Source: Pristiophorus japonicus
Lineage: Eukaryota
Direction: 5' to 3'
DNA length: 64,000 bases
Assembly (NCBI RefSeq): GCF_044704955.1
Contig: NC_091999.1
Coordinates: 65,968,001-66,032,000, forward strand
Notes under the pieces: model-generated
What the model saw: only the letters and a program-made list of their open reading frames with translations
Database searches by the model: none
Told to the model about the DNA's origin: nothing
Shown here: one piece after another, positions 24,281 to 37,204 of the stretch
Position numbering within the stretch: position 1 is the first letter of the stretch
Layout of the letters: the number at the start of each line of letters is the position of its first letter
Made by a program: the position numbers and the translations under genes

Positions 24281-24610
24281 AAACATAGAAACATAGAAAA
24301 TAGGTGCAGGAGTAGGCCCTTCGGCCCTTCGAGCCTGCATCGCCATTCAATGAGTTCATGGCTGAACTTGCAACTTCAGTACCCCATTCCTGCTTGCTCG
24401 CCATACCCCCTTGATCCCCCTAGTAGTAAGGACTACATCTAACTACTTTTTGAATATATTTAGTGAATTGGCCTCAGCAAATTTCTGTGGTAGAGAATTC
24501 TACAGGTTCACCACCCTCTGGGTGAAGAAGTTTCTCCTCATCTCGGTCCTAAATGGTTTACCCTTATCCTTTGACAGTGACCCCTGGTTCTGGACTTCCC
24601 CAACATTAAT
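24281..24610 (-). mobile_element. Short CR1 3' end with a (tttctatg)n tail
   Basis: PFRTEMRRNFFTQRVVNL; tail at 24281-24300. Confidence 0.88.
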
Positions 24611-27600
24611 AAGAACATAAGAACAGAAGAACATAACAATTAGGAACAGGAGTAGGCCATCTAGCCCCTCGAGCCTGCTCCGCCACCCAATACGATCATG
24701 GCTCATCTGGCCGTGGACTCAGCTCCATTTATGCGCCCGCTCCCCAGAACCCTTAATTCCCTTATTGGTTAAAAATTTATCTATCTGTGATTTGAATATA
24801 TTAAATGAGCTAGCCTCAACTGCTTCCTTGGGCAGAGAATTCCACAGATTCACAACCCTCTGGGAGAAGAAATTCCTTCTCAACTCGTTTTGAAATTGGC
24901 TCCCCCGTATTTTGAGGCTGTGCCCCCTAGTTCTAGTCTCCCAGACCAGTGGAAACAACCTCTCTGCCTCTATTCTGTCTATCCCCTTCATTATTTTAAA
25001 TATTTCTATAAGATCACTCCTCATCCTTCTGAACTCCAACGAGTAAAGACCCAGTCTACTCAATCTGTCATCATAAGGTAACCCCGTCTTCTCCGGAATC
25101 AGCCTAGTGAATCGTCTCTGTACCCCTTCCAAATCTAATATATCCTTCCTTAAGTATGGTGGCCAAAACTGCACGCAGTACTCCAGGTGCGGCCTCACCA
25201 ATAACCTGTACAGTTGCAGCAGGACCTCCCTGCTTTTGTACTCCATCCCTCTTGCAATTAAGGCCAACATTCCATTCGCCTTCCTGATTACCTGCTGCAC
25301 CTGCAAACTAATTTTTGCGATTCATGCACGAGGGCCGCCAGATCCCTCTGCACTGCAGCATATAAATAATTTCTCCCCATTCAGATAATATTCACTTTTA
25401 CTGTTTTTTTTCCCAAGGTGGATGACCTCACATTTTCCGACATTGTATTCCATCTACCAAACCTTAGCCCATTCGCTTAACCATCTAAATCTCTTTGCAG
25501 CCTCTCTGTGTCCTCACACAACCCGCTTCCCACTAATCTTTGTGTCATCTGCAAATTTTGTTACACTGCACTCTGCCCCTTCTTCCAGGTCATCTATGTA
25601 TATTGTAAACAGTTGTGGTCCCAGCACCGATCCCTGCACACCACTAACCACCGATTTCCAACCCGAAAAGGACCCATTTATCCCGACTCTCTGCTTTCTG
25701 TTAGCCAGCCAATTCTCTATCTTTGCTAATACATTTCCTCTCATTCCGCGTACCTTTATCTTCTGCAGTAACCTTTTGTGTGGCACCTTACCGAATGCCT
25801 TTTGGAAACCTAAATACACCACATCCAACGGTACACCTCTATCCACCATGCTCGTTATATCCTCAAAGAATTCCAGTAAATTAGTTACACATGATTTCCT
25901 CTTCATGAATCCATGTTGCGTCTGCTTTATTGCACTATCCCTATCTAGATGTCCCGCTATTTCTTCCTTTATGATAGCTTCAAGCATTTTCCCCACTACA
26001 GGTGTTAAACTAACCGGCCTATAGTTACCTGCTTTTTGTCTGACCCCTTTTTTAAACAGAGGCGTTACATTAGCTGCTTTCCAATCCGATGGTACATCCC
26101 CAGTGTCCAGAGAATTTTGGTAGGTTATAACAAATGCACCTGCTCTAACTTCCGCCATCTCTTTTAATACCCTGGGATGCATTTCATCGGGACCAGGGGA
26201 CATGTGTACCTTGAGTCCCATTAGCCTGCCCAGCACTACCCCGCTAGTGATAGTGATTGTCTCAAGGTCCTCCTTTACCACAATCCCGTGACCAGCAATT
26301 TTTGGCATGGTTTTTGTGTCTTCCACTGTGAAGACCGAAGCAAAATAATTGTTTAAGTTCTCAGCCATTTCCACATTTCCCATTATTAAACCCCATTCTC
26401 ATCTTCTAAGGGATCAACATTTACATTAGTCACTCTTTTCCGTTTTATATATCGATAAAAGCTTTTACTATCTGTTTTTATGTTTTGCGCAAGTTTACAT
26501 TCGTAATCTAACTTCCCCTGCTTTATTACTTTCTCAGTCATTCTTTTCTGTCATTTAAAACGTTCCCAATCTTCAAGTTTCCCATTAACCTTGGCCACCT
26601 TATACGCATTCGTTTTTCATTTGATACTCTCCTTTATTTCCTTGGTTATTCACGGTTGGTTATCCCTTCTCTTACCGCCCTTCTTTTTCACTGGAATATA
26701 TTTTTGTCGAGCACGATGAAAGAGCTCCTTCAAAGTCCTCCACTTTTCCTCAATTGTGCCAGCGTTTAGTCTGTGTTCCCAGTCTATTTTAGCCAACTCT
26801 GCCCTCATCCCACTATAGTCCCATTTGTTTATGCATAGTGCGCTCGTTTGAGACACTATTTCCTCACCCTGAATCTTTATTACAAATTCAACCATACTTT
26901 GATCACTCATTCCAAGAGGATCTTTTACTAGGAGATCGTTTATTATTCCTGTCTCATTACACAGGACCAGATGTAAGATAACTTGCTCCCTTGTAGCATC
27001 TGTAGCATACTGTTGTAAAAAACAATTCCGTATGCATTCTATGAATTCCTCCTCCAGGCTACCCCGTGCGATTTGGTTTGACTAATGGATATGTATGTTA
27101 AAATCCGTTATGATTACGGCCGTTCCTTTTTCACATGCCTCCATTATTCCATTAATTATTGTCCGTGCCACCGTAAAGTTATTATTTGGAGGCCTATAAA
27201 CTACGCCCACCAGTGACTTTTTCCCCTTACTATCTCAATTCTCCACCCACAATGATTCAACATTTTGTTCAATGGAGCCAACATCGTCTGTCACAACTGC
27301 CCTGATATCATCCTTTATTAACAGAGCTACCCCACCTCCTTTCCCTTCTTGTCTATCTTTCCGAATTGTCAGATACCCCTATATGTTTAATTCCCAGTCT
27401 TGGCCACCCTGCAACCACGTTTCTGTAATGGCCACCAAATCATACCCATTTTTAATGATTTGTGCAGTCAACTCATTTACTTGATTTCGAATGCTGCATG
27501 CGTTTAATAGAGTGTTTTAATACTCGATTTTAATCCATGATTTTTAGTTTTGACCACTCCTGCAGACCGTTAATATTCATACATATTGTCCCTTCTTATC

Positions 27601-27905
27601 ACTTTGTGGTTTACACTTACCCTAGCGCTCTGCTCTGCTCTGTTGCGTCCTGCCATTTGCATTCTTCCTTCGGGTTCGAGTCATCTGAGCTCTCTCCCAC
27701 TCTAACGAGCTCGGAGACCTCCCCTGGGTTCCCATTCACCCTGCCACGCGAGTTGAAAGCCATCCCAACTGTACTATCAAAACCACCCGCGAGAACATTG
27801 GTCCCATCTCTGTTGAGGTGTAACCTGTCCGACTTGTACAGGTCCCACATTCCCCAGAAGCGGTCCCCATTGTTCAGGAAGCTAAAGCCCTCCCTCCTGC
27901 ACCAA
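24611..27905 (-). mobile_element. Near-full-length CR1 LINE: ORF1 esterase C-terminus, APE endonuclease and RT, with frameshifts
   Basis: ORF1 WCRREGFSFL...LYKSDRLHLNRDGTNVLAG (SGNH-type); endonuclease region about 26900-27500; RT ORFs 25514-26383 and 24719-25306; (ttcttatg)n tail. Confidence 0.95.
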
Positions 27906-28133
27906 CGGGAGAGTGGAGAGCACCAGTTCCAACTGTCACAGGACTGGAGAGTGGAGTGCACCAGTTCCAACTGTCAGAGGACGGGAGAGTGTCGAGCACC
28001 AGTTCGAACTGTCGCAGGAGAGAGAGTAGAGAGCACCAGCTCCAATTGTCGCAGGAGAGAGAGTGGAGAGCACCAGCTCCATCTGTCGCAGGATAGAGAG
28101 AGGAGAGCACCAGTTCAAACTGTCACAGGACAT
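27906..28133 (+). repeat. 37-38 bp minisatellite, 6 copies, capping the CR1 5' end
   Basis: gagagtggagagcaccagttccaactgtcgcagga; cacc at 27921, 27959, 27997, 28034, 28071 and 28108. Confidence 0.9.
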
Positions 28134-28269
28134 TAATAAAGAATATTAATCTCCAGCGCAGGTATAGTGGTTATTAAGATCAGCAGCAACAAACAATAAC
28201 TGCCAGAATATATATGGTTCAATGCCCAATGCAATCCCAGTAAATCCTGTTCCATTCACCAACGCAGCA

Positions 28270-28760
28270 TTGCAATGGCGGCGTATTTACCCAGTATGCA
28301 CCACGGGCAAGAAGGTGCTGAATGCAGACTACAGGAGTTCAGTGCGCAGGCGCCTGTCCTGGCTGGGTTTGGAGCACGGGCGGCGAATGTAGTGGCGAAG
28401 GAGAAATGGGTATCATGCCCTCCGCAGAAGCGCTCAATTTGAGCGGGTGGAGGGGAGCAATGGACCTGCGGGTGGCGCGGGAGGCTTCATAAACCAACGG
28501 TGCCCGCCGCCAACCCTGAAAAATAACCGGAATAATGGTGGTTGCAGCTTCGGGTCTTTCTTCTGGTCACAGGCCCAGGCTCACGGCGGCCATCTTCGTG
28601 CAGGAAGGCAGGTTCAGCGCTCCGCCATCTTGATTCGGTGAGTCGCACCGCGCATGCGCGGCCATCTTGTTTCAGGAACAAAGTGTCTGTTTCCAACCGG
28701 GTTCCAGTGGGTAAAGGACTGTCTCAGATATTTTATTCTCACTCTCCACACCTCGAATGT
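28270..28760 (+). promoter_or_regulatory. CpG-rich ZNF promoter module, copy B (best preserved)
   Basis: ZNF143-like TACCCAGTATGCACCACG at 28288-28305; three GCCATCTT motifs; perfect NRF1 palindrome GCGCATGCGC at 28650-28659; reverse YY1-like ATGGCGGC at 28275. Confidence 0.72.
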
Positions 28761-28899
28761 CTCACCATCTCCCCTAAAGGCGATGCTTTGTACCGACCTT
28801 ATGGTTTAAGTCCTACATAATTGTAACAGAGAAGGCCCAGAAATATTTACTTCATGGATTAGAATCCCCATGTTCAGTCCCAAGGTTAGAATCCCCATC

Positions 28900-31800
28900 T
28901 AATCATTATCATAGACAGTCCCTCGTAATCGAGGAAGACTTGCTTCCACTCCTGAATGAGTTTATTGGCGGCTGTACAGTCGAATACGAGAGCCACAGGT
29001 GAGAGAGATAGTCGTTGAGGGAAGGGGCGAATGGGACTGGTTTTGCCGCACGCTCTTTCCGCTGCCTGGCTTGATTTTTGCATGCTCTCGGCGTTGAGAG
29101 TCGAGGTGCTCAGCGCCCTCACAGAAGCACTTCCTCCACATGGGGCGAACTTTGGCCAGGAACTCCCCACTGTCAGTTGCGATGTCGCACTTTATCATGG
29201 AGGCTTTGAAGGATGTCCTTATAACCTTTCCCCTGCCCACCTTTGGCTCGTTTACCATGAAAGACCTCCGCATAGAGCACGTGCTTTGGGAGTCTCATGT
29301 CTGGCATGCAAACTAATTGGCCTGCCCAGCGGAGCTGATCGAGTGTGGTCGGTGCTTCAATGCTGGGGATGTTAGCCTGGACGAGCACACTAATGTTGGT
29401 GCGCCTGTTATTCCAAGGGATTTGTAGGGTCTTGTGGAGACATCATTGGTGATATATCACCAGCGACTTGAGGTGTCTACTGTACATGGTCCATGTCTTG
29501 AGCCATTCAGGATGGTGGGTATTACTACAGCCCTGTAGACCATGAGCTTGGTGGTAGCATTGAGGGGCTGGTCTTTGAGCACTCTTTTCCTCCGCTGGCT
29601 GAAGGCGGCACTGCCGCACTGGAGGTGGTGTTGAATCTCCTCATCAATGTCTTCTTTTGTTGATAAGACACTCCAGAGGTATGGGAAATGCTCCATGTTG
29701 TCGAGGGCTGCGCCGTGGATCTTGATGACTGAATGGCAGTGTTGTGCGTCGAGTACTGGCTGGTGGAGGATCTTTGTCTTATGGATATTTAGCGTAAGGC
29801 CCATGCTTTCGTGTGCCTCAGTAAATACATCGACTATATCCTGGAGTTCTGCCTTAGAATGTGCGCAGACGCAGGCATTGTCCACGTACTGTAGCGCAAC
29901 GACAGAGGTTGGGGTTGTCTTGGACTTTGTCCCGGAGGCGGCGAATATTAAACAGCTTCCTGCTCGTTCTGTAGTTTTGTTCCACTCGAGCAGGGAATTT
30001 GTTGACTGTGAGTTCGAGCATGGCAATGATGAAGATTGAGAAGAGGGTGGGAGCGATGACGCAGCCCTGTTTGACCCCGGTCCGGACATGGATTGGGTCT
30101 GTAATGGATTCGTTGGTAAGCATTATCACCTGCATGTCGTCGTGGAGCAGGCGAAGGATGTTGAAACATTTTTGAGGGCATCCGAAATGGAGGGGAACGC
30201 TACATAGCCCCTCATGGCTCACAGTGTCAAATCCCTTTGTCAGGTTGAAAAAGCCCATGTATAACAGCTTGCGCTGGTCCCTGCATTTTTCCTGCAGCTG
30301 TCGCGCTGCAAAGATCATGTCCGATGTGCCCCGTGGGGCACTGTGACTCCAGGAGGAGCTCCTCGGCTACAGGGAGAAGACGGTTGAAGAGGACTCTAGC
30401 AAAAACATTCCCAGTGGCTCATTAGCAGGGAGATTCCTCTGTAGTTGCTGCAGTTGGATTGCCCCCCTTTTTAAAAGATGGTCACGATCACTGCATGTCT
30501 GGGATCTCCTTTCATGCTCTTCTCCCTCCAGATGAGAGCGATGAGGTCATGTATCCATGCCAACAGCACACCTCCGCCATGCTTTAGCGCCTCAGTAGGG
30601 ATTCCATCCGCTCCCGTAGCCTTGTTGTTCTTAAACTGTCTTATGGCTTTTCCTACCTCATGCAATGTTGGTGTTTCACTGAAGTGGGGGCGGGACGCAT
30701 GCTGTGGGATGGATTCGAGAACACTCGAGTCAAAGTCAGAATTCGATTGAAGCGATCTTTGAAGTGCTGCGTCCAGCGGGCCCTGACAACCTTGGTGTCC
30801 TTGATGAGTGTTTCCCCATTCTTGGCCAGCAGTGGGGTGGGGCATTGGGTGTTTGGACCGTAGGTGGCCTTGACTGATATGAAGAATCCACGCACATCAT
30901 GGCTGTTGCCCAGTGGTTGTATCTCCTGTGCTTTCTCCATCCACCATCTGTTCTTTAGGTCCCAGGATTTTTGTTGGACCTCAGGTTTGAGCCGCCTGTA
31001 ATGTTGCTTTGCTGCTCCTGAGTTGGGTTGTTGCTTGAGCCTCAGAAATATAAATTCTTGGATCTCTGATCATTCTCATCAAACCAGTCCTCGTGTGTTC
31101 TGGTTGTATAACCAAGTATCTCTTCACAGGCACTGGTTATGGAGGCGTGGAGGGCAGACAGAGCGCTGTGGGCATTCAGCATCTCAGCGTCATCAAGGCA
31201 CGCTAGGTTAGCTGTGCAGCATTGGCTGTTACAGGGCTCTCTTAGCTGGGTCTTTAAGTGCCCCGGCATTGACGTTCTTCTGGCACTGCTTCTGCTGTCC
31301 CCTCCGCTTTGGGGCTATGTTAATGTCGATGATGGATCAGGCGGTCGTCCAGCCAGCAGTCGTCAGCTCCTGTCATGACACGGGTGATGCGCACACCCTC
31401 GCGATCCCTGGCTCGGACGATGACAAAGTCGAGCAGGTGCCAGTGTTTGGAGTGAAGGTGTTGCCACGATGCCTTTTATTTGTCCCTCTGACGGAACAAG
31501 GTGTTGGTGAAGAGAAGTTCATATTCTTGACATTTTGTCAGGATTAGGGTACTACTGGAGTTGGCTTTCCGTACCCCCTCACTGTCAATCATGCCTCCCC
31601 AAAGGGCTGTGTCTTTGTCGACCCTGGCGTTGAAGTCACCTTAAGAGGATGATTTTGTCGCCTGCAGGGATGCAGGACAGGGATGTTTCGAGGTTGGAAT
31701 AAAAACCCTCTTTGGTCTCCTCCATTGTATCGACTGTTGGGGCATACGCACCGATGACTGTGGCACATTGTTTCCGGAATAGGGTGAGTTGAAGCATCAA

Positions 31801-32953
31801 GAGTCGTTCGTTAACCCCACAGGGGGTGTCTTTGCGACTGTCGACCAGATCATTTTGATGGCAAAGCCGATTTTATGAATGTGGCGTTCTTCCTCTGGTT
31901 TTGTTTTCCAGAAAAAGGTGCAACCTCCATCTTGTTCCTTGAGCTGGCCTTCCCCTGCCGGATCTCGCTTAGGGTGGCGATGTTGATGTCAAAGCTTCTA
32001 TGTTTCCGGGCAACTATTGTGGTGCGGCATTCTGGCCTTTTGCTGTTGGAGTTGTCTAATGGGAGTCCTGACGTTTCAGGTCCCGAACTTCATGTTAACG
32101 GAGTGGAAGATGCCTGTGTGTGAGTGCTTTTAACATGGGGTGGCATAGCTGAGCAAGGTCTTGGTCCAGTGGCAAGGGATCCAAGACGACTGGATACCAG
32201 GTACTTCTGTATGAGCCTAATTGCCTCAGGTGAAATGTTGGCCGCAAGCTCGGCGCTGAGTAGCCTTGATGGTAGCTGATCTGAGGCTTGGTTGGGGGCA
32301 GGCATTAGGAAGTCAGTTGTCTACAAGAGTTCGAAGCGGGAGGTCAGCATGGAGTAGGAGGGTGAAAGAATCAAAGTCAGACCACCAGTGGGGAAGGGGA
32401 GGTCCAGCCTTCGATGAGGAGAGACATGTAGGCCCGCTGCTGGAGGGATGAAAACCCGCCGCTGGAGGGATGTAGGCCCGCCGCAGGACGGGCCGGGTGA
32501 TGTCGCAGTCACCGGGTCGGAAGCATACCTGCTTGCTGGGCGTCGTCGTGAGTAACATGGTTTCAAATGGCTGCAAATGATGCTAATAAAACACACCAAA
32601 CTATTTTCTACTTAGATTGGGGTGCAGTATTCAATTGCTTAAATAAATATTTTAAAAGAAAATAATTCTTAAAAGTTCCTCCACGTTGGTAAACGTTTCT
32701 TCAGAAGTTTAAAAAGGTTCTCCCTGAGTTTTAAAAACCTTTTCCCAAGTTGTTTAAAAGTTTCTCCTGAAGTTTTAAAAGTTTTCCCAAGTTATTATAA
32801 AGTTTAAAATGAAAATCAGTCGTAAGCTTTGGTACTGTTCCATGAGTGCTGCCAGCCGCAGCAGTTGCAGAAAGCCCTGGCTAGACCACACCTGGAGCAC
32901 TGCAGGGAAGTAGAGGCTCAGTCATTTTCAAAGGGGGCCTGAATGCCTGGACG
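28900..32953 (-). mobile_element. Near-full-length RTE-clade LINE, decayed, inserted in a 27-bp VNTR
   Basis: ORF start MKFGT*NVRT at 32093; APE and RT motifs (MIFAARQLQEKCRDQ, GVKQGCVIAPTLF, LQYVDNA); 3' tail near 28900; 5' region of about 860 bp. Confidence 0.94.
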
Positions 32954-33310
32954 CCATGTGCAGTCCCTGGGTTAGAATCCGGCTGTACATTCCCAGTTTT
33001 AGAATGCCCATGTACATTGCCAGGGTTAGAATCCCCATGTACAGTGCCAGGGTTAGAATCCCCACCTACAGCCACAGGTTTAGAATACCCATGTCCTCTC
33101 CCAGAGTTTGAATGTCCACATCCTCCCCCATGTTCAGTCCCAGGGTTAGAATCCACATTTACAATGCCTTGGTTAGAATCCACATGTATAGTCACAGGTT
33201 CAAAATCCCCATGTACTCTCCCAGGGTTAGAATGCCCAAGTACTCTCCCAGAGTTAGAATCCCCATGTACAGTCCCAGGATTGCAATCCCAAAGTACAGT
33301 CTCAGGTTTG
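32954..33310 (+). repeat. 27-bp minisatellite (its left part is at 28857-28899)
   Basis: Unit gggttagaatccccatgtacagtccca. Confidence 0.92.
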
Positions 33311-33629
33311 GACTTCTATGACTGTACACAGATGAAGAGAAAAATTGAGGCCTTGAATCTGAGTTGGGGAAAAATCATAGAAACATGACTAAATTTCTAT
33401 ACTAAACGATTTGAAATTAAATCAATTGAATTGTTGCAGGTAACACTTAACTTTCATGCCAAATGTGAAACAGGTGATGTGGGGGCTGTGCAGGAGAGTT
33501 TGAGCCCAGTTACACTGCATCTGGCTCTCCACTCCAAATGCAGTTCTTTAGTTTCTCAGTCTCATTCACACATCCAACTGACTGGATGGAGCTCGCCCTT
33601 TAAACCCCATCAGAGAAATATCAGCATTT

Positions 33630-34190
33630 GACGTTTAATTTGCTAAACCTTTATAAAACACTGGTAAGGCCTCAGCTGGAGAATTGTGTTCAAGTTTTGG
33701 CTCCAAATTTTGGTATTGATGGCAAGCTTTTAGAGAAGGTGCAGAAGGAGCGGTGCCAGGGAGATGGGACTGCCGTAATGTGGAGAGCCTGGTGAAGTTT
33801 TCTCCAGAGAGCAGGAAAGGTTAAAAGGAGATTTGATGGAGATGTACAAAATTATGAACGATTTAGATAGAGTAAATATGGAGAAAGTGTTTCCAGTGGC
33901 ATTACGGTAGGTAACCATAAGAATCAGATATCCGCTGATTGGCAAAATAACGAGAGGTGAGATGTGGGATCATTTGTTACCCAGTTAATTGGTATGATCC
34001 AGAATGCACTGTCTCAAAGGGTGGTGGAAGCAGATTCAAATGTAACTTTTAAAAGGGATTTGGACAAATACTTGCCGGGAAAAATATACTGAGCTTTGGG
34101 TAAAGAGCACAGCAATGCGACTCATTGAACAGCTCCACCAAAGAGCCGGCACTACAGGATGGGCCACATGGCCTTCTGTGCTGGACCACT
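33630..34190 (+). mobile_element. CR1 3' fragment of a different subfamily
   Basis: YKTLVRPQLENCVQV and RLKGDLMEMYKIM motifs; 3'UTR hairpin. Confidence 0.82.
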
Positions 34191-34344
34191 CCCTGACAAT
34201 GGCGAATGATTATACCCAGAGTGCTCCGCCCGGCGGAATACGCCCTATTTCCATCAGCAGTGCAGCAACGTGGGAAGGGCTGGTCACTGAAGAGCACGCC
34301 CCTATGCGGAGAGGGCGATGGAGACTGAGTGGAGTGAGCACGGC

Positions 34345-34890
34345 ATCAGCAACACTGAGTTTGGCTCTCAGGTGCTGGGCAAAAGCGAGAGTAATCCTCA
34401 GGCCCCGGGCAACACCGAGTGTGGCTCTCAGGTCCCGGGCAACATATTGAGTGCGGCTCTCAGGCCCCCGGCAACACCAAGCGTGTCTCTCAGGCACGGG
34501 CAAAACCGAGTGCGGCTCTCACGCCCTGGGCAGCACCAAGTGAGTCTCTCAGCTACACGGGCATCACTGAGTGCGCCTCCCCCCATCACGGGCAGAACCC
34601 AATGCAGCTCGCAGGCCCCGGGCAGAACCGAGTGTGGCTCCTAGGCGCTGGGAAACACCGAGTGTGGCTCTCAGGCCCCGGGAGAACAGAGTGCGGCTCT
34701 CAGGCCCGGGGCAGAACCTAATGCGGCTCCCAGGCCCCGGGCAACACGAGTTTGATATTCAGCCCCAGGGCAACACGAGTTTGGATCTCAGGCCCCGGGA
34801 AGCACCGAGTGTGGATCTCATAACCTGGGCAACACCGAGTGTAGCTGTCTGGCCCTGGGCAACACCGAATCCAGCTCTCAGCCTGCGAGA
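34345..34890 (+). repeat. 30-31 bp CpG-rich minisatellite, about 17 copies
   Basis: Unit gggcaacaccgagtgtggctctcaggcccc. Confidence 0.92.
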
Positions 34891-35049
34891 CAAGGCATCC
34901 GAGCCCGGCACCAGCAAACCCCGGGGGCAGTGCCTCCCCCACACCATGAAAACAACTGGTTGCATTTATACAGCAGGCCCAGCAATTCCCAGCTGTTCTA
35001 TATCAGGGTGGGCGCTGAATGCGGAAGTCAATCCCTGGCCTCCTGTACA

Positions 35050-35935
35050 GTATAGTATTAGGCAGTCTCTTGAATCGAGCGGATCCTCTTCCACACCAAA
35101 AAGTGATGAGTTCACAGATGTTTCAATATGAGACCTGATATTTCCAGGTCCAGAACTACATATTGAAGGGTGGAAGATGCCTGTGTGTGGATTCTTTTAA
35201 CGTGTGTGTCCGTGGCAAACCAGCCGCCACACGGGCTGGACAGAATGAGGTCTTGGTCCAGTGGCAAAGGTTAACCAAGACGACTGGAGACCAAGCTCTG
35301 CCGCACAGACCTGGTGCACATACTCCTACTCCCCATAGATCGCAGTCTGGTCTGGCCCATGCTGTCACTGGGCCCTTGCCTCTGATGGGCCTCAAACTCG
35401 CGCCTCTCGTGGGCCCTAATCTCTCCGTCCCGAACTCTCTCCTCTTGTGGCCCCAATCTCTCTGCCCCAAACTCTCGTCGCTCCTGGGGCCCAATCTCTC
35501 TGCCCCCAACACTCGCCTTTCATCGTCCTCAATCTCGCAGCCCCGATATCTTGCCTCTCCTTGGCTCCAATCTCTCAGCCCCGAAATCTTGCCTCTCGTG
35601 GGCCCCAATTTCTCCTCCCAAAACTCGCTCGCCACTCATGGGCCCCAATCTCGCCGCCCAAACATCTTGCCGCTCGAGGGCCCCAATCACTCCGCCCCAA
35701 TATCTCACCTCTCCTGGGCTCCAATCTCTCCACTTTGAACTCTCGCCTCTCCTTGGCCCCAATCTCTCCTCCCCGAACCCGCGCCTCCCCTTGTCCCAAT
35801 CTCTCAGCCGCGATCTCTCGCCGCTACTCCACCACAACCTCACCGCTCATCTGCTGCTTGCCACATAGCCTGCTGTACCTGGGCTGTTCTGATGGTCCTG
35901 CCCATGCTCCAATCGGCGACCTGGATTCTGGTATG
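35050..35935 (-). mobile_element. Non-autonomous bipartite RTE derivative with an internal 38-bp VNTR
   Basis: 35140-35300 matches the RTE 5'UTR and start codon region (32077-32205); 35050-35120 matches the RTE 3' end; VNTR at 35380-35825. Confidence 0.75.
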
Positions 35936-36099
35936 AAGCAAAATTTAGAAGCTCAATTCTACAACTCTATGGCAATTTACAATAAATCGCCTCTCAACTA
36001 TGCTGCAAATGTTAGAAAGATGCTTTGGATAACTGGCCTCCTGTGTGGGTTTATTTGTTGAATCTGTTTGTGCTGGAGATGAGATGGAGGAGAAGCTGC

Positions 36100-36310
36100 T
36101 GGGTTTCACCTCCAGTATTTCTGGGCCCAGTGAGACCAACAGTTCGCCATGTGGGGCTGTTAATGGAGGTGTGTTCCCTTCCCTGAAGGACATGAATGAA
36201 CCAGTTGTGTTTTACCACAAACTGGCAGCTTTCATGGTTACTATTTCTAGTGCTGGCCCCACAAATGACCAAGTTCATTAAGCTCAATTTCTCAAACTGC
36301 CTTTGTGTTT
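36100..36310 (-). mobile_element. SINE fragment resembling shark DeuSINE/SacSINE-type elements
   Basis: ttcccttccctgaaggacatgaatgaaccagttg...ttcatggt pattern, recognised from memory only. Confidence 0.5.
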
Positions 36311-36362
36311 TTGTGAGTTCTCTCTCACCGAAACTTTAACTTGACTGAAATTCACTTTACAG

Positions 36363-36823
36363 GGTATTAAAAGGGGAGGATTTATCCACCGGAGGCTCAA
36401 ACCAAACGTCATGTTAAGATCTGTCGAAGTCACTCGATTCATCGAGAATGGAATATCATCGGCCTTTGACTATCGACGCAAAAAGAACAGTTCATAGCGG
36501 GGAGAAAGTGTGCACATGCTGTGTGTGTGGACAAGGCACAGCCGATCATACAACCTGGAGAGACACAAGCGTAGTCACACAGGGGAGAAACTGTGTAAAT
36601 GTGGGAACTGTGGGAAATGTTTCAACTACCCGTCCCAGCTGAAACAAACCAGCGAGTTCACACTGGAGAGAGGAGGTTCACCTGCTCTGAGTGTGGGAAG
36701 GGATTCACTCGGTCATGCCATCTGTTGAGGCACCAGAGAATTCACACTGGGGAGAGGCCGTTCACCTGCTCTGAGTGTGGGAAGCGATTCAGTCAGTCAT
36801 CCCACCTGATGAGGCATCAGTGA
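36363..36823 (+). pseudogene. C2H2 ZNF pseudogene, about 4 fingers, frameshifted
   Basis: Acceptor AG at 36361-36362; [14 protein letters not shown]; [54 protein letters not shown]. Confidence 0.9.
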
Positions 36824-37204
36824 GTTGCACAAATGACTGCAGGTGTTGGATTATGCTGTTATTGCTGCTGTTAATCACATCCCGACTGAACCAAGTTCAT
36901 TCTGACAGTTGGGGTTTGTTTCCGCTGATGAAAACTCCTGTAACTGGACTGCAGTTTAATATTTGGGATAGAGACAAATAAATTCATGTTGCTTTCAACA
37001 TATTGCTGTAGATTTTTGTCTTTAGCACCCGAGTGTTTAGCATCACCTGGCTGGAGCTCAGTCAGGACAATCTGGGGCGGAAGATCATATGGGGGAAGTA
37101 GTTCAGCCTGGACACAGTCCTTCATGGTCACACTGAGAGGGGCAAATGGCACTTTGGTCTTTCTCATCTCTCTTCACTGACAGCAACCCGTGTGCGTTAA
37201 TCTT

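Noticed and set aside
33017-33388. 123-aa ORF of PGLESPCTV repeats
   Set aside because: In-frame reading of a 27-bp VNTR that is split by an RTE; non-ATG start.
34115-36061. Long GC-rich ORFs of 100-204 aa
   Set aside because: They overlap the 30-bp and 38-bp VNTRs and an RTE derivative, and show no domain signature.
36871-37167. Minus-strand 98-aa ORF with LQPGD reminiscent of an integrase tail
   Set aside because: The similarity is too short, and the ORF runs antisense through the ZNF 3'UTR.
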